Below, one piece after another: positions 61,424-64,000 of a stretch of 64,000 nucleotides of DNA (position 1 is its first letter; every line of letters begins with the position of its first letter). The position numbers were made by a program, and so were the translations under genes. The stretch spans positions 2,091,729-2,155,728 of the forward strand of contig OZ242020.1 of NCBI GenBank assembly GCA_965204875.1, given 5' to 3'. Below the pieces are notes generated by a model. It saw only the letters and a list, made by a program, of their open reading frames with translations, ran no database searches and had not been told where the DNA came from. Source of the stretch: Candidatus Aldehydirespirator sp. GTDB taxonomy: Bacteria; Actinomycetota; Acidimicrobiia; Acidimicrobiales; Aldehydirespiratoraceae.

Positions 61424-62437
61424 TTGAGGGGTGGCAGCCCTGTAGCGGGAGGCGGTGGCCGGGTGGATGTGTCGGTGCTGGCGGAGGCGGTGGAGCTGAG
61501 CGAGTCGCGGGTGCCGTACGTGCTGGCCACGGTGGTGTGGCGGCGGGGCCCGTCCTCGGGGCGGCAGGGCTCCAAGGCGGTCGTGCTGGCCGACGGCACC
61601 GTGCGGGGCTGGCTGGGGGGCGCCTGCGCCGAGCCGACTGTCGTGCGCCACGCCCGCGAGTGCCTTCAGACCGGCCGGCCGGCGCTGCTGCTGCTGGGCC
61701 AGGCGGGCGAGTTCGACGGCCGCAGCGGTGAGGGGGTGCGTTCCGTGTCCATGGCGTGTGAGTCCGAGGGTGCTCTGGAGGTCTACCTGGAGCCGCACCG
61801 GCCCGAGCCGCAGGTGGTGGTGGTCGGGCGGTCGCCTGCGGTGGACGCGCTGGGCGAGATGGCCATCGCGCTCGGGTGGAGGGCAACCGTCATCGACGAC
61901 GGCGGCAACCCGGACGAGCACCGCCGGCCCGAGATCGTGCGCACCAAGCTCGACTTCGCCGGACTCGGCATCGACGGCGCCACCGCTGTCGTGGTCGCCA
62001 CCCAGGGCCACTACGACGACCTGGCTTTGGAGGCGGCCCTCGCTTGCGAGCCGGGTTACGTCGGCCTGATCGCTTCAGGCAAGCGCGCTGCCGGGGTGCT
62101 GGAGCACCTGAGGGGCCGGGGCGTCGACTGCGCCGTGGCGAGCCGTGTGCAGGCGCCGGCGGGCCTGGACCTGGGCGAGGTCGCCAATGCCGAGATAGCG
62201 GTGGCGGTGATGGCGGAGTTGGTGGCCCGCCGGGCGCGCGGCGAGTTGGCTGCCACCGGACCGGGCCGGGCCGTGCCGGCCCGAGTCGAGGCCATCGACG
62301 TTGTGTGCGGCATGACGGTGCTGGTCGACGACGCCAAGTATCACACGGTGCACGCCGGCGCCGACTACTGGTTCTGCGCCGCCGGCTGCCTGCGAGCCTT
62401 CGAGTCCGACCCCGACACATACTTGGCCGTCGCCTGA
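61424..62437 (+). CDS. XdhC/CoxI-family molybdoenzyme maturation protein with a C-terminal YHS/TRASH-like metal-binding domain
   Basis: YVLATVVWRRGPSSGRQGSKAVVLADGTVRGWLGGACAE (XdhC_CoxI N-domain). VVVVGRSPAVDAL Rossmann-like C-domain. The tail VCGMTVLVDDAKYHTVHAGADYWFCAAGC is YHS-like. The start is possibly GTG 61463. Confidence 0.8.
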   Translation: MRGGSPVAGGGGRVDVSVLAEAVELSESRVPYVLATVVWRRGPSSGRQGSKAVVLADGTVRGWLGGACAEPTVVRHARECLQTGRPALLLLGQAGEFDGRSGEGVRSVSMACESEGALEVYLEPHRPEPQVVVVGRSPAVDALGEMAIALGWRATVIDDGGNPDEHRRPEIVRTKLDFAGLGIDGATAVVVATQGHYDDLALEAALACEPGYVGLIASGKRAAGVLEHLRGRGVDCAVASRVQAPAGLDLGEVANAEIAVAVMAELVARRARGELAATGPGRAVPARVEAIDVVCGMTVLVDDAKYHTVHAGADYWFCAAGCLRAFESDPDTYLAVA

Positions 62438-62506
62438 CGCGGCCCCGCCGCCGTGCGTTTCGCGTTTGTGCGGCAAGCGCGACGGCCCGAGACGATTCGC
62501 TGCAAC

Positions 62507-62622
62507 GGGGGACGGAGAGCCGCCCTCCCAGCACTGCCTCTCGGTCGCTGGTGGTGGTCGTACCGGGGATGCTGGCCGCCGGGGGGAGGGATAGCCGCCC
62601 TCCCTGCACTGCCTTCCTCGGT
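62507..62622. repeat. About 40-bp direct repeat with 75-bp period in the intergenic region
   Basis: GGGGACGGAGAGCCGCCCTCCCAGCACTGCCTCTCGGT versus GGGGGGAGGGATAGCCGCCCTCCCTGCACTGCCTTCCTCGGT. The second copy contains the hairpin GGGAGGG-atagccg-CCCTCCC. Confidence 0.8.
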
Positions 62623-62681
62623 GGTTCACGGCCGAAGTCGGCGGTGCGGCTGGGTGATCGCAGGGTCGGTAGCTTGGTTCG

Positions 62682-63563
62682 ATGACGGCGCAGCATTCGC
62701 AGCATTCTGGTGACCGGCGGACGCTGGGGTGGTTGCTCGCAGGGGTGGGGATGCTGGCGGTGTCCACCGACTCGCTGTGGGTGCGGGTGTCACGTGCCGA
62801 GGCGGTCGATGTCGCCTTCTGGGTGGCGTGCTGCTCCCTGGTGGTGTACTCGACTCTCGGGCGCCGGCTGGATCGGCGCCCGCCGCTGGAGTCGTTGCGC
62901 ACGCATCCGCTGCCGCTGGCGGCAGTGGGCTCTCTGGGCGCGGTCAGCCAGATCAGCTTCATCACTGCGATCACCCACACTCGGGTCGCCAACGTTGTGG
63001 CTATCGTGGCCGCGTCGCCGTTGCTGGCCGCCGGATGCGCCTGGCTGGCGCTGGGGGAGCGGATCACTGCCAGGGTGGGTGTGGCCATCTCGGTCACGAT
63101 GGCCGGCATCGCCGTGATCGTGGCAGGCTCGCTGGGCCAGCCGAGCCTGAGGGGCGATCTGCTGGCCTTGCTGGCGGTCGCGGCGTTCGCTGCCAACCTC
63201 ACCATCTGGCGGCGCTATCCGGAACTGAGCCGCCGTGCCGGCCTCTCGATCAGCGCCGTGATGGTCGTCGCGGCCACGAGCCTCGCCGCTTCGCCCTTCA
63301 CGCTGGACGTCCGGGCCTATCTCGCTGTCGCGGCCATGGGTCTGTGCTTCAACCCGCTGGGCCGGCTGGCGAACTCCAACGCGCCCCGCTTCGCTCCGGT
63401 GTCGGAGGTCGCGCTTTTTACGCCGGTCGAGACCGTGGCGGGCACTGTGTGGGCAGCGCTGTTCCTCTCGGAGCTGCCGCGGCCCGCCGCCGTGGTCGGC
63501 GCAGCGATAGTGCTCGCCGGGGTCTTCTACGGCACCGTCGCATCCACAACACGCACCACGTAG
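62682..63563 (+). CDS. DMT-superfamily (EamA-like) transporter
   Basis: 293-aa ORF with about 10 hydrophobic helices arranged as two EamA-like halves. Confidence 0.75.
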   Translation: MTAQHSQHSGDRRTLGWLLAGVGMLAVSTDSLWVRVSRAEAVDVAFWVACCSLVVYSTLGRRLDRRPPLESLRTHPLPLAAVGSLGAVSQISFITAITHTRVANVVAIVAASPLLAAGCAWLALGERITARVGVAISVTMAGIAVIVAGSLGQPSLRGDLLALLAVAAFAANLTIWRRYPELSRRAGLSISAVMVVAATSLAASPFTLDVRAYLAVAAMGLCFNPLGRLANSNAPRFAPVSEVALFTPVETVAGTVWAALFLSELPRPAAVVGAAIVLAGVFYGTVASTTRTT

Positions 63564-63581
63564 TTTCATTCCGGCTCAAGG

Positions 63582-63692
63582 GGGTGTGCTGGTGTGAGAG
63601 TGTTGGTGTCACCCGGTCGTGAACGCGGGCAGCAAGCCTACCGATACCGCAGTGGGTGTGCTGGTGTGAGAGTGTTGGTGTCACCCGGTCGT
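63582..63692. repeat. 39-bp direct repeat with 72-bp period upstream of dtd
   Basis: GGGTGTGCTGGTGTGAGAGTGTTGGTGTCACCCGGTCGT occurs at 63582-63620 and 63654-63692 (identical), with a 33-bp spacer. Confidence 0.9.
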
Positions 63693-63733
63693 CGGGTGGT
63701 GAGAGCCTGCCCGTTCGAGGGGGGTGTTGTGAG

Positions 63734-64000
63734 ATGAGGGCGCTGGTGCAGCGTGTCACGCAGGCGAGCGTGAGCGTGAACGGCACGGTAGTGGGAGAGA
63801 TCGGCGCAGGTCTGTGCTGCCTCGTGGGCGTGACCCACGACGACGGCCGCGAGGCGGCCCTGAAGTTGGCCGGCAAGCTCTGGCGCCTGCGCATCTTCGC
63901 GGACGGTGGCGGGCACATGAACCGCTCTGTAGCCGACACGGGTGGCGGGATTCTGGTCATCAGCCAGTTCACCCTCTACGGCGACACTCGCAAGGGACGC
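63734..64000 (+). CDS. dtd: D-aminoacyl-tRNA deacylase (5' part; runs off the window)
   Basis: ATG 63734 gives [37 protein letters not shown]...[17 protein letters not shown] (the SQFTL and KG.RP context of Dtd). Not in the ORF track because it has no stop in the window. Confidence 0.9.
   Translation, partial: MRALVQRVTQASVSVNGTVVGEIGAGLCCLVGVTHDDGREAALKLAGKLWRLRIFADGGGHMNRSVADTGGGILVISQFTLYGDTRKGR

Noticed and set aside
63582-63692. CRISPR-like geometry (36-41 bp repeats with 30-36 bp spacers) here and at 55775-55881, 32559-32674 and 33698-33807
   Set aside because: Each locus has only two repeat copies. The repeat sequence differs at every locus and is derived from the adjacent gene. Several lie inside coding regions. 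No cas genes are present in the window.

Overview
High-GC (roughly 70% by eye) bacterial chromosome segment. The core gene order looks Actinomycetota-like (inference from synteny only). On the plus strand: yloV-like DAK2 gene, recG, rsmD, coaD, yceD-like, rpmF, plsX; then acpP, rnc, mutM-like; then smc, htrA-like, ftsY, ffh, rpsP, KH protein, rimM, trmD, rplS, yraN-like; then a cytochrome c, comM-like and dprA. A strand switch follows (xerC, a membrane protein, a LIV-type ABC transporter, SnoaL-like, MFS, all on minus). The right end carries a form-I CO dehydrogenase coxMSL cluster, an XdhC-like maturation gene, a DMT transporter and the start of dtd. Many long antisense or alternative-frame ORFs in the track are high-GC artefacts and are not called. 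Accessory content: (1) a lower-GC type III R-M pair (mod-res) at the left edge; (2) four related surface-protein genes, namely three SLH-anchored giants (ending at 22336, 50904 and 54672) and one FN3 protein on the minus strand (14495-15871), all with poly-Thr linkers and inserted into or next to the housekeeping core; (3) a fused nucleotidyltransferase/HEPN-like gene and an intact IS3-family element sitting between coxL and the XdhC-like gene. Most unusual observations: (a) the SLH paralogs are mosaic, including a 1.15-kb indel-free shared block. They carry perfect coding minisatellites and are associated with long G homopolymers (G12, G7CG8CG4, G9, an in-frame G10), which suggests a variable S-layer-like surface system. 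(b) More than a dozen loci carry two-copy local duplications with a narrow 59-75 bp period. Several of these copy the RBS and start codon of the downstream gene (ffh, coxS, livHM) and so create leader mini-ORFs that mimic that gene's N-terminus. (c) The FN3 gene's signal peptide is in a different frame from the mature domains. (d) The Fpg homolog lacks both the aligned N-terminal Pro and the zinc-finger cysteines. No rRNA, tRNA or CRISPR array was found.
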